Below, piece by piece: positions 26,984 to 35,330 of a stretch of 64,000 bases of DNA; positions within the stretch are counted from its first letter, which is position 1; each line of letters opens with the position of its first letter. The notes beneath the pieces were generated by a model. The model searched no databases. It had not been told where the DNA came from and saw nothing but the letters and a program-made list of their open reading frames with translations. Position numbers and translations under genes: made by a program. The stretch lies in IMG/VR virus record IMGVR_UViG_3300029908_000004, positions 1 to 64,000 of that record. One strand, 5' to 3'.

Positions 26984-27366
26984 CTAGAAGTATTCTATTT
27001 TTATATTCTCTTGGGACATCATCTGGTCTACCTTCTTCCAGATTTCTTCATCAGTCATTTCTATGATAACATTACTTTGACCTAGTCTACGTGCTACTTC
27101 TATTTTATGCCAAGCTTTGAACGCAGAGGTATTAACACACTTAACGAACGCCTGTTCTTTGTTCTTGGCTTGGTCTCTACCATCTCTATGCTCAGCTGTT
27201 GCTCCAGAATCAATGTGGATACACCTTACACCATTCTGTTTGGCGTTTCTGTGAATATAGGTCTCCCGACCTAATGCTGACCGCCGTTACCGCCCGTGCA
27301 GAAAGTCTCAAAGGTAAAATCCTTGCGAGTGAGAGTAAATAATAGGTGCTTTTCTTTTTTAGACAT
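26984..27366 (-). CDS. GGQ peptide-release-factor-like protein (RF-1 domain, ArfB-like), interrupted by a 20-nt coding gap
   Basis: Frame 1, 27366-27274: MSKKEKHLLFTLTRKDFTFETFCTGGNGGQH then TAG. Frame 2 resumes at CAC 27253: HRNAKQNGVRCIHIDSGATAEHRDGRDQAKNKEQAF...IKIEYF*. The joined product would be 119 aa. Confidence 0.85.
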
Positions 27367-27949
27367 CTTGATTCCCCTTCTTGTGTTTAGCTAGGTAAGC
27401 AATGGCTTCTTCTAGGAGATGCTCATCTTCATTCAATAAACCTATGGCTGTGTTGCATTTGCTACATAGTAATCCTCTATGCTTCCCAGAGGAGTGGCAG
27501 TGATCCAGAGACAATCTAATCAATTTACCTTGTCTTGTCTTTGTTTCTTTCTCTTTACAGATAGCACACTTGCCTTCCTGTGCTTCATGAAGGTTATTAT
27601 ATTCCTGCCTTGTGACTCCGTACTTAGTTTTCAAGCAACTATTATAAGACTGCTCATATATCTTATCTTTGTTCTTGTGTCTGTTTCTAGTTGTTATCAG
27701 TCCTGTAGACTTGCTCCAGCAGGTTTTACAGATATGCCTTTTTCCTAATCTATCCCTCCGGTCGTAAAATTCACCTGATGTTTTATCAAGCTTGCATTTA
27801 GTACATATTCTTCCGGTTGGAGTTTCCAGTATAGATTTCTGGTATAGATTAAAGCAATTAGTAGAACAGAATGATTTACGGTTTGGTTTTATTTGACTGG
27901 GCTTCTTGGGGTGTACTTTCGTACAGTAGGTACATATTACATTCATCAT
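27359..27949 (-). mobile_element. Endonuclease VII-like HNH homing endonuclease gene (HEG3)
   Basis: LKTKYGVTRQEYNNLHEAQEGKCAIC...LSLDHCHSSGKHRGLLCSKCNTAIG; N-terminal zinc fingers. Confidence 0.9.
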
Positions 27950-28074
27950 GTACCTATATAGTATGTGACCTCCGTTACCTTTCTGTGTTGTCCACCCTTA
28001 CCGCCTGTACAGAAGGTCTGAAACTCAAAGTCTTTCCTTGTCAGAGAGAATAAGAGGTGTTTCTCCTTAGACAT
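27946..28074 (-). pseudogene. Original 5' part of the release-factor-like gene, truncated by HEG3
   Basis: MSKEKHLLFSLTRKDFEFQTFCTGGKGGQHRKVTEVTYYIGT*; breaks at CACAGAAA, which is repeated at 27246-27253. Confidence 0.85.
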
Positions 28075-28093
28075 AACTAACTCCTGTTGGGAG

Positions 28094-28333
28094 CTAGCTT
28101 AACCCCCCAACCTTCCAGTCCGTATGTAATAAGTCTTTATGTCGTAAGGTTGTAAACATACGGGAAACTTTCCATAGACGAGAGTCATCCATAAGTGAGA
28201 TTATACTATCTACTTGATAACCTTTTGTCTTTGGCAACCATACAACCACTTTTACTCCAGTTGGTTGATAATACTTAGCATCCAATTCTTGGAGTTCACA
28301 CTGAACATATAGCTCTTCTTCTTTTCCAATCAT
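28094..28333 (-). CDS. Hypothetical protein
   Basis: 79-aa ORF. Confidence 0.55.
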   Translation of the reverse strand: MIGKEEELYVQCELQELDAKYYQPTGVKVVVWLPKTKGYQVDSIISLMDDSRLWKVSRMFTTLRHKDLLHTDWKVGGLS

Positions 28334-28336
28334 ACA

Positions 28337-28639
28337 CTAGCTGTCCTTATCCTTAGACATATTCTTTATGTTTTCTATTAGTTCATCCACTAAATGGATC
28401 TTCACCCCATTGTTCTTATCCATGGCAATGATCCCCGACATAACTATTTCCTGATTCTCTGTGTGTTCCTTCAGCAAGTCTTTTTTGTTTAGTAAATCTA
28501 GCATTGCCTGTCCACCAGCCTGAACACCATCCCTTATACCTATTTTAAACCCCATCAGCAACCCCCTCCTTCTACCCTCAAAGAAGCAGGCCACTCCACC
28601 TACAATGTAGATAGCCATTATCATAAATACCTGTGTCAT
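28337..28639 (-). CDS. Membrane-anchored hypothetical protein
   Basis: N-terminal hydrophobic helix; SD. Confidence 0.6.
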   Translation of the reverse strand: MTQVFMIMAIYIVGGVACFFEGRRRGLLMGFKIGIRDGVQAGGQAMLDLLNKKDLLKEHTENQEIVMSGIIAMDKNNGVKIHLVDELIENIKNMSKDKDS

Positions 28640-28659
28640 AAATTCTCCTTGGTGGAAGC

Positions 28660-28735
28660 TGGTGGGAACGAAGAGATTCGAACTCTTATGGTCGACGCTT
28701 AAAAGGCGTGTGCATCACCCTTCTGCCACGTTCCC
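28660..28735 (-). tRNA. tRNA-Lys(TTT)
   Basis: ACGC-CT TTT AA-GCGT; CCA. Confidence 0.9.
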
Positions 28736-28761
28736 CAGTTTAAAAGAATAGTCTAGGTAGT

Positions 28762-29583
28762 CTACCACCCAAGCCATCTATCATTGTTTGATGTTTCACT
28801 TATTGAAGCGGACCTCTTACCATACTTAAGGATATATCCGCGTTCTTTCTCAAGTAGTTCTTCTATCCTTAATAGTTCTCTGGAGTTAGCCAGACGGGAA
28901 CCGACAAGAATTTTCTCCCCAACTTCATAGATACGTGATTCTCCGATATTTGGATCCCATCGCATCTCTGGCTTGGTAAGGGTTACCCAGCTATTCTTAC
29001 GCCATCTTTCTTCATTGACCTTATTAACGTAGTTGTACCCACGAATTAATCTATACTCACAAGCAGAGTCTACCCACAAGGTCCGAATGTTCTTCGCCAT
29101 CTGCTTTGTTATATTGTGGTTATCGATATAACTATACTTCTTATAGCAAAGGAGATTAGTTATTGGATGAACATAGAAACCAGAGACCTCCATTTTATGT
29201 AAATGGGAAGGTATTGCCATAACGGTTTTACCATCTTTTCCCATGAAGCAATTGGTGGTAACGTTCCATTTAATCCAGTGTAAGATAAAATTATTCACAT
29301 TGGTACGGGCGTCTACTACTTCCCGAATCTCACTGTATATTTTATCCCATGGTTTTCCAACACTCTTGTGTAAAAATCTTGTCAAAGGGGTTGTATATTC
29401 TATCTTGTCGTTACAATCCCATCCGTAGACACGGCCTCTCAAAGACAGGTGCGTGATGTTATCACTCGTACCTTCTTCATATTTTGAAACGTCTTTGGTA
29501 TCGAGCTTCTTTGCAGTCTTCGCAGTGGGGTATTTGTTGACACGACCACGTTCATAGACTATTTTGCCAAAGTCTTTACGCAT
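28762..29583 (-). CDS. Hypothetical protein
   Basis: 273-aa ORF with SD; PLTRFLHKSVGKPWDKIYSEI motif. Confidence 0.75.
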   Translation of the reverse strand: MRKDFGKIVYERGRVNKYPTAKTAKKLDTKDVSKYEEGTSDNITHLSLRGRVYGWDCNDKIEYTTPLTRFLHKSVGKPWDKIYSEIREVVDARTNVNNFILHWIKWNVTTNCFMGKDGKTVMAIPSHLHKMEVSGFYVHPITNLLCYKKYSYIDNHNITKQMAKNIRTLWVDSACEYRLIRGYNYVNKVNEERWRKNSWVTLTKPEMRWDPNIGESRIYEVGEKILVGSRLANSRELLRIEELLEKERGYILKYGKRSASISETSNNDRWLGW

Positions 29584-29598
29584 ATTATCCTTTAAGTA

Positions 29599-29675
29599 TG
29601 GTGCCCATGACTAGATTCAAACTAGCACCCTCTGTCTTCGGAGGACAGTGCTCTATTCATTTGAGCTACACGGGC
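29599..29675 (-). tRNA. tRNA-Arg(CCG)
   Basis: CTGTC-CT CCG AA-GACAG; CCA. Confidence 0.92.
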
Positions 29676-30042
29676 GATATGGGTCAATAATGAAACGACA
29701 GTGCCCTCTTAATTCATTGGCTATGTTCATAGCACCAACTGGGTTTAGCGAGTGTATTATTATCAGTGGTGGTGGTACACCTTGCTTGTCTATAACTCTT
29801 AATAGGTACCTAGCACAATCAAGACCAGTCTTCTCATTGTAAGTGGTATATGGAACAGGTCTATTTGGGTCGCCCTCGCCCTCAATGTACTCAAAGTAAT
29901 GTTCCATAGATAAATCATGATCAAGGCTAACAATATCTGGCATCCCATTTTCATCTATAAACTTAACAAATGCTTTATAATCTCTTACCACGATCCATGT
30001 TTTATCATAGGGATCACGAATGTCATCTAGGAATAAATTCAT
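29653..30042 (-). CDS. Cyclic-phosphate-processing receiver-like domain protein
   Basis: NLFLDDIRDP...IVSLDHDL...TGLDCARYL...IIHSLNPVGA. Confidence 0.75.
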   Translation of the reverse strand: MNLFLDDIRDPYDKTWIVVRDYKAFVKFIDENGMPDIVSLDHDLSMEHYFEYIEGEGDPNRPVPYTTYNEKTGLDCARYLLRVIDKQGVPPPLIIIHSLNPVGAMNIANELRGHCRFIIDPYRPCSSNE

Positions 30043-30335
30043 ATTTTTACCTCTTTAAACAAACCTAATTTATTATATCCATGACAAGGACGAGTGTAGC
30101 TATGTGGTTCCCCATGACTGTGGTATGTAACAATCTTTGGGAGTTTACAGATGATATAGCGATCTTTGGAAAAGATTCCGCAAAGTACGGAATTAAAGGT
30201 AGGTGCACGCCCACGATGTTTAACTCTTTCCTTAAAGAAACAAGTATTATTTAAAACCGTAAACTTGTCTCCATCCAGTTCGATGAATAGATAACCACCA
30301 CAAGTACTACATTTTCTGCTTAGAATCGTCAGCAT
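30039..30335 (-). CDS. Cys-rich hypothetical protein
   Basis: 98-aa ORF. Confidence 0.5.
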   Translation of the reverse strand: MLTILSRKCSTCGGYLFIELDGDKFTVLNNTCFFKERVKHRGRAPTFNSVLCGIFSKDRYIICKLPKIVTYHSHGEPHSYTRPCHGYNKLGLFKEVKI

Positions 30336-30552
30336 TTTTTATACTCTCTAAGATACCTTCCACTGAACCAGAGAAATTATACATGTAGTCAAAGAGTTTA
30401 TCATCTTGGAGGGAACCTCTTTCATTCTTCACTCCCTCTTTAATGTTTAACTCTTTACAACATTTAGAGTATATCTCATCTCGTTTCTTGGTGATACCAC
30501 GAATCTTCTTGGAATACTTACTTATGATTTTGGTTTTATCCTTCTTATCCAT
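30307..30552 (-). CDS. Hypothetical protein
   Basis: 81-aa ORF. Confidence 0.5.
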   Translation of the reverse strand: MDKKDKTKIISKYSKKIRGITKKRDEIYSKCCKELNIKEGVKNERGSLQDDKLFDYMYNFSGSVEGILESIKNADDSKQKM

Positions 30553-31111
30553 CTATCACCTCTGGGGTGTACCCATCAAACTTAGGATGTTCCCCAATAG
30601 TTCTAGTGTCCATATAAACTTTCAACTCTTCGAAACTTACTGGAGAAAAGTTCCAACAATCAACACCTATATCACAGGACTTCCCGTATGGTGGTAACCC
30701 TCCATGAGAGTGCCCATATAGATGCCAAGTTCCCCTCAGATCATGTCGCCAAGTACGCATAGCATAGTGACACAGCACTATACTCTGAGCCCCTACTGTG
30801 ACTTCTAACATAGAGTAACAGCCAATGAAAGGACTAGTTTTAGCTCTTATCCGCATAAGTAGGTTGTCATGGTTACCATCTACCAAAATGATACGACCAT
30901 GTAGTTTACGAATTATGGGTTCTAAGTCTACTGGTTTCATCTTCATAGCAAAATCACCAAGATGATATACCAAATCGTTTGGTTTGATCTTACTATTCCA
31001 ATTTTCTATGAGCTTGCTGTTCATCTCTGATACATCAGCAAATGGGCGCTTACAAAGTCTTATGATATTTTCGTGACCGAAATGGGTATCGGCAGTGAAG
31101 AAAGTGTTCAT
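30545..31111 (-). CDS. Calcineurin-like phosphoesterase
   Basis: TADTHFGHENI, YHLGDF, GNHD, LCHY, HLYGHSH, DIGVD. Confidence 0.92.
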   Translation of the reverse strand: MNTFFTADTHFGHENIIRLCKRPFADVSEMNSKLIENWNSKIKPNDLVYHLGDFAMKMKPVDLEPIIRKLHGRIILVDGNHDNLLMRIRAKTSPFIGCYSMLEVTVGAQSIVLCHYAMRTWRHDLRGTWHLYGHSHGGLPPYGKSCDIGVDCWNFSPVSFEELKVYMDTRTIGEHPKFDGYTPEVIDG

Positions 31112-31141
31112 ACGAGTCTCTCAAATTCTAGATTTTTATGT

Positions 31142-31218
31142 TGGGAGCCCTAGTAGGATTCGAACCTACCTAATCCATCTACAGTAAACTGTTTAGGAAA
31201 CAGTGCTGGTATAGGGCC
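31142..31218 (-). tRNA. D-armless tRNA-Arg(CCT)-like RNA with a long variable region
   Basis: GGCCCTA/TAGGGCT acceptor; only TACCAGC before ACTGT-TT CCT AA-ACAGT; canonical T arm; CCA. Confidence 0.65.
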
Positions 31219-31244
31219 TTATCAATTATTGTGGTCTCTTAGAA

Positions 31245-31321
31245 TGGTGCACCCGGAGAGAGTCGAACTCCCGGCCTTTTCGTTCGTAGCGAATTGCTCT
31301 TGTCCACTGAGCTACGGGTGC
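31245..31321 (-). tRNA. tRNA-Arg(ACG)
   Basis: TTCG-CT ACG AA-CGAA; CCA. Confidence 0.92.
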
Positions 31322-31837
31322 TTATTTCTCACTACGGGCTAACCAACCAGCTAGGTACTTAGAATACTTAGCGGGATCAGTGCTTACCAGATGTTCATAG
31401 TAAACCTTTTGCTGTAGCCTAATAATTGGTAGTAAATAATTTCTTTCTAATTCAGTATATCCTATTGTAGAAGGATTTAAACTACCATCTGCTTTTATCT
31501 TGGCACCTAGTGAAATCAAAGCTTTCTGTAATATTAGTATTGCCTCCTTGGGAGAAGCATTAACAGCTATATCAAATATCTTGTTTGCTATGTCTTGCGT
31601 TGGTAATCTATTAATAGCTGTAGCTAACCAATAATCATTGGAATATATCTTCTTAGCATATTCTAATGCTTCAGCAGTGTCCATGGTATAGAAACCATCA
31701 CTAACTGCCTTAGGATGTGCACTACTGTTGATACCAAATCTAGCCTGAGCTCCATCGGGTTCTGTGGTAACTACACCAGTTCTGGCATAGTCCTCGGATA
31801 ACATCATGAAATCGAATGCTGAATCAAAGGTGTTCAT
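31322..31837 (-). CDS. Glycoside hydrolase family 108-like peptidoglycan hydrolase
   Basis: FDFMMLSED...DGAQARFGI...IYSNDYW...FDIAVN...ILQKAL...DG...GWLARS. Confidence 0.8.
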   Translation of the reverse strand: MNTFDSAFDFMMLSEDYARTGVVTTEPDGAQARFGINSSAHPKAVSDGFYTMDTAEALEYAKKIYSNDYWLATAINRLPTQDIANKIFDIAVNASPKEAILILQKALISLGAKIKADGSLNPSTIGYTELERNYLLPIIRLQQKVYYEHLVSTDPAKYSKYLAGWLARSEK

Positions 31838-31867
31838 ATCTTTGATTAGTATACTTATTTCTTGATA

Positions 31868-31953
31868 TGGTGCACGCAGGAGGACTCAAACCTCCGAAGG
31901 TCTAAGACCGACGGGTTTACAGCCCGTAGTAATTGTCGCTATACGATACGTGC
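31868..31953 (-). tRNA. tRNA-Tyr(GTA)
   Basis: ACGGG-CT GTA AA-CCCGT; long variable arm; CCA. Confidence 0.92.
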
Positions 31954-31957
31954 ATTT

Positions 31958-32362
31958 CTATTCCTTAACTCTATACTTTTCTATCTGGTTTTCCTGCACT
32001 ATTTTCTGTCTTGCTTCGTCTAAATATAGTAGGGCCACGGCTCGCTTTTTAAACTCATCAGGGTCCCAATAACCAACGAAGTTTGAGTTAGGGTTCATTC
32101 CTAATGAGTCTACCTCATCGTTGTTCCATTGACTTCTAGTGGGTATATGCCCACAATCCTTTAGAACGTGGATGATAGCAGCTCTACGCCCCATCTCACC
32201 AAACAATTCTTCTGCTTTGTTTATGCCTTCATCATGGTGGCGATCGAACCTATGTCTTGGCCCATATCTATCAAAAGCGGAGTCCATCCAAAGGTTTGCT
32301 TCTTCGCACCTATCACCTAGTATACGCTCACAATCTCTACAATGCTCATCAAAGTGTGCCAT
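31958..32362 (-). CDS. His-rich conserved hypothetical protein (DUF6915-like)
   Basis: HFDEHC...WMD...HRFDRHHDEGI...HVLKDCGHIPT. Confidence 0.6.
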   Translation of the reverse strand: MAHFDEHCRDCERILGDRCEEANLWMDSAFDRYGPRHRFDRHHDEGINKAEELFGEMGRRAAIIHVLKDCGHIPTRSQWNNDEVDSLGMNPNSNFVGYWDPDEFKKRAVALLYLDEARQKIVQENQIEKYRVKE

Positions 32363-32678
32363 TATTAGTCTCTTTCATTTGCTCGAACTTAGATATTGAT
32401 GCTTTCCTATTACAAGAACTACACCTCACATATTTAATAGGAACATCAATTAGCCCTAAAGATAATGGATGTTGTCTGCACTTGCCAACCACTGTCTTAT
32501 CTACCTTTGTTACACCACAACAATGAAATGCAGTGTCACCAGAGATCAAGTCTCTAGCTCGTGGTCTCCACCAGTGATATTCTACATCTATAATTATTGG
32601 ACGATAGGAGCTTATCCTTAAAATCTCTCCACAACTACATTTACGAGCGTACCATATCTTTTCCATGAGAGTTTTCAC
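32349..32678 (-). CDS. Cys-rich paralog family member 1
   Basis: WYARKCSCGEILRI...CSSC..KASISKF. Confidence 0.7.
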   Translation of the reverse strand: MKTLMEKIWYARKCSCGEILRISSYRPIIIDVEYHWWRPRARDLISGDTAFHCCGVTKVDKTVVGKCRQHPLSLGLIDVPIKYVRCSSCNRKASISKFEQMKETNNGTL

Positions 32679-32985
32679 TATCCACCATTAATTCAAATTT
32701 AGATATATGTGCCCTCTTAGAACAAGACATACAATTTAAATTTAAGATACCTACACAAGATTTATGCATGTAATGGATCGTATTACAATCTTTAAGTGTT
32801 TTTTTATCTACCTTAGTTAATTCGCATCCATAAAAACTAATATCCCCATTTATAAGTTCTTTATGGCTAGGTATCCAAATTTTAATACCAATTAGATTTA
32901 AACGATGGAGTGATAATGGATGGGGAGTCTTTATTCTAAGAACCTCCCCACAACTACATTTACGGGCGTACCATAATTCTTTCGT
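32641..32985 (-). CDS. Cys-rich paralog family member 2, with ACG at the start position
   Basis: Manual translation (T/M)KELWYARKCSCGEVLRI...CMSCSKRAHISKF; SD AAGGAG lies 6 nt before the ACG; no in-frame ATG upstream. Confidence 0.6.
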   Translation of the reverse strand, partial: TKELWYARKCSCGEVLRIKTPHPLSLHRLNLIGIKIWIPSHKELINGDISFYGCELTKVDKKTLKDCNTIHYMHKSCVGILNLNCMSCSKRAHISKFELMVDSENSHGKDMVRS

Positions 32986-33001
32986 ATGATTCTCCTTAGA
33001 A

Positions 33002-33078
33002 TGGAGTTCCCGGAGAGGCTCAAACTCTCAACCTAAGGGTTAGAAACCCTTTGCTCTGTTCAATTGAGCTACGGGAAC
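33002..33078 (-). tRNA. tRNA-Arg(TCT)
   Basis: AAGGG-TT TCT AA-CCCTT; CCA. Confidence 0.93.
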
Positions 33079-33084
33079 TTATAT

Positions 33085-33408
33085 CTATACATCAGGCAAT
33101 GAGTTAAACTTTGATACCGAAACTCTACTTTTACAGCTAGAGCAAACGAAGTTAAAAAACCGATAATAACTCTCTGGGTATAGTTTATGCATTGTCTTAT
33201 CTATTTCTGTTAGTTCACAGTCAAATAGTTTAGCGTGTTTATTAAAGCTTTTCATTTCGGGTCTCCAAACACATAGTCCTTTTCTACCAGCAGTAGTGTC
33301 TAGATTACTAAATAAAGGCTCATGCATACATATTCTTATTATTTGACCACATTTACAAATAGCTGCCATCCAATGTTCTTGCATATAAACTCTTTGTGGC
33401 GGAGACAC
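33085..33408 (-). CDS. Cys-rich paralog family member 3
   Basis: WMAAICKCGQIIRI...CSSCKSRVSVSKF. Confidence 0.65.
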   Translation of the reverse strand: MSPPQRVYMQEHWMAAICKCGQIIRICMHEPLFSNLDTTAGRKGLCVWRPEMKSFNKHAKLFDCELTEIDKTMHKLYPESYYRFFNFVCSSCKSRVSVSKFNSLPDV

Positions 33409-33485
33409 CCGGGCTCGAACCGAGACTGCCTTTACAGGTCAGGATGGGTTAGCAACCCACTGCAATGCCATTATGCCATGTCTCC
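33397..33485 (-). tRNA. tRNA-Ser(GCT)
   Basis: GTGGG-TT GCT AA-CCCAT; long variable arm; G73; CCA. Confidence 0.9.
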
Positions 33486-33851
33486 ACTTTTCTCTCTTAA
33501 GTATTGTATTTCTGGGTAAGTCTTAAACTTCTCTTCCGCTTCTAAGTATAGGTCATTAAGCTCTTTAGCTTCTTCATTAACTTTTCCTCTATACTTATCA
33601 ATATCACGTAGCATATAAGTTTTTACTATATCAGAGGTACCTTTTGCCTTTCCAGTAAGCCATAGCACCCTTACTTCAGAGACGTATATACTCATGTAGA
33701 GGTTTGTGTCCTCAGAATCAGCTGGGGTTATCCCAATTATTATCCCAATGTTCTTCTTATGAGTGGAACGACAAACATGTTTACCCATTAGACTCTGTGC
33801 GTTAGCATGGGGTATCCATCCTAATCTACATCCAGTTATCAATGTACCCAT
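33471..33851 (-). CDS. Hypothetical protein
   Basis: 126-aa ORF. Confidence 0.6.
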   Translation of the reverse strand: MGTLITGCRLGWIPHANAQSLMGKHVCRSTHKKNIGIIIGITPADSEDTNLYMSIYVSEVRVLWLTGKAKGTSDIVKTYMLRDIDKYRGKVNEEAKELNDLYLEAEEKFKTYPEIQYLREKSGDMA

Positions 33852-33862
33852 TATATAATCCT

Positions 33863-33889
33863 TGGCTCCGACTTAGGGATTCGAACCCC
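33863..33889 (-). pseudogene. Orphan tRNA 3' end (Gln-like)
   Basis: GGGGTTCGAATCCCTAAGTCGGAGCCA. Confidence 0.65.
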
Positions 33890-33900
33890 AATAAACAGCT

Positions 33901-33986
33901 TGGCTGGGAAGGAGGGACTCGAACCCACACGTCTTTCGACACTGGTTCCAAAGACCAGCGCGTCTAATCCATTTCGCCACTTCCCA
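33901..33986 (-). tRNA. tRNA-Gln(TTG) with a long variable arm
   Basis: CTGGT-CT TTG GA-ACCAG; U1-A72, G73; variable arm TGTCGAAAGACG. Confidence 0.85.
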
Positions 33987-34177
33987 ATTATTAAGGCTTC
34001 TCGCCTTTCTTCACTACTACTACAGTGAGAGGTCTATTATTCCCAAGTGCAGAGAACCTTTTCCTCTGTAAGTCTTCTAAACTACCTTCTACTATTGGTT
34101 CTGGCTTAGCAGTAGGTTCAAAGTGAACCACCTTCTTCTTCTTTTCCCTAGCCTTCTTCTTCATACACCTTCCTAAT

Positions 34178-34252
34178 TGGTAGCACTAATGAGCTTCGAA
34201 CTCATATTCTCACTGTGAAGGAGTGGCGACCTAACCCTTAGTCGATAGTGCT
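34178..34252 (-). tRNA. tRNA-Glu(TTC), C33 variant
   Basis: CCACT-CC TTC AC-AGTGA; CCA. Confidence 0.8.
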
Positions 34253-34255
34253 ATA

Positions 34256-34846
34256 TTAATGTTTCTTAACTTCTTTCACATTGACGCTGCTAACATCTAT
34301 ATCTTTAGGACACCAATTAAAGACTGGGCTTTTAGACACTTCATTTAACGCCATCATTTGGGCATGTCCTGCGTTATACGCACTTTTTATTATTACCAAA
34401 CGTGAGATAGTAGTCATTGTTTCTACAGTCACATAGTAATCACCAGTTTCCTCTGTGATTCCCATTTCTTCAAGGACACTGTTCGCCCAGTTAACTTCCT
34501 TATCAGTTGCTGTGGTAGCAGTGAACTCGAAGTAATGATCAGGAATATATTGACACTTGGGAAACTGTTCCCTAGTACGTCTCACAATTAATCTTTGATG
34601 TGGATGAGTCTTAGGATAGACATGTTCGTCTGTTGTTAAATTAGACGTCCCACTTGTATCAGACCAGTTCCAACTACTACGTGATTTACTTTTCATGAAA
34701 AATATAACTTTTACAGACTTCACCTTATGATTAATGGTGTTACCTATCGTAAGATTTAAGTCCAATATTGCCAGAGCTTTCACTCTCTTTTGTATCTCTG
34801 TACCTATCTTGATACGTTCTTCTTCAGTCATTCTTGCTATTGCCAT
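34256..34846 (-). CDS. Hypothetical protein
   Basis: 196-aa ORF with SD. Confidence 0.7.
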   Translation of the reverse strand: MAIARMTEEERIKIGTEIQKRVKALAILDLNLTIGNTINHKVKSVKVIFFMKSKSRSSWNWSDTSGTSNLTTDEHVYPKTHPHQRLIVRRTREQFPKCQYIPDHYFEFTATTATDKEVNWANSVLEEMGITEETGDYYVTVETMTTISRLVIIKSAYNAGHAQMMALNEVSKSPVFNWCPKDIDVSSVNVKEVKKH

Positions 34847-34861
34847 GATTTCCTTTGTATC

Positions 34862-34938
34862 TGGTGGTGCTAGTGAGATTCTAACTCACATTCTGTATCT
34901 TGAGAGGATACCTACCTATCCAGTTAGTAGATAGCACC
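34862..34938 (-). tRNA. tRNA-Glu(CTC)
   Basis: GTATC-CT CTC AA-GATAC; T loop TTAGAAT; CCA. Confidence 0.78.
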
Positions 34939-34950
34939 TTTTATAAGAAT

Positions 34951-35025
34951 TGGTAGTCCCGGTTGGAATTGAACCAACAACCTTTCCGTTATCAGCAGAA
35001 TGCTCCACCCTTGAGCTACGGAACT
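34951..35025 (-). tRNA. tRNA-Ile(GAT)
   Basis: TTCTG-CT GAT AA-CGGAA; CCA. Confidence 0.93.
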
Positions 35026-35256
35026 ACGAGATTAAATAATGCTGGGGACTTAAGTGTTATATCTAATTGGTAAATACCCTACATACACAGTAGTTAACTT
35101 ATTTAATTCCTCACAACAAATTGAGCAAGCGTTAACATAATAATAAATCTTAGGTTCATTGTTAAACGTACCCAAAGATTGTCTTACTATTTGTTTAGTC
35201 CCATTACACTTCCAACATATTCTTGAATGTATAGTTTTTCTATCGAACATAACTCT

Positions 35257-35330
35257 TGGCTCCGACCGGTGGATTCGAACTACCATAACAACTTCCAGAG
35301 AGTTGTGTCCTACCATTAAACGAGGTCGAA
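35257..35330 (-). tRNA. tRNA-Gln(CTG)
   Basis: CAACT-CT CTG GA-AGTTG; U1-A72; G73; CCA. Confidence 0.88.

Noticed and set aside
27271-27273. TAG reassignment (alternative genetic code) explaining the internal stop
   Set aside because: Readthrough would not restore the frame, which needs a -1 shift. Long genes are intact in code 11, many end in TAG, and no canonical CUA suppressor tRNA was found.
27254-27979. Self-splicing intron in the release-factor gene
   Set aside because: There is no U at any possible 5' splice position within the CACAGAAA repeat and no intron core, and the insert contains a second coding copy of the 5' exon.
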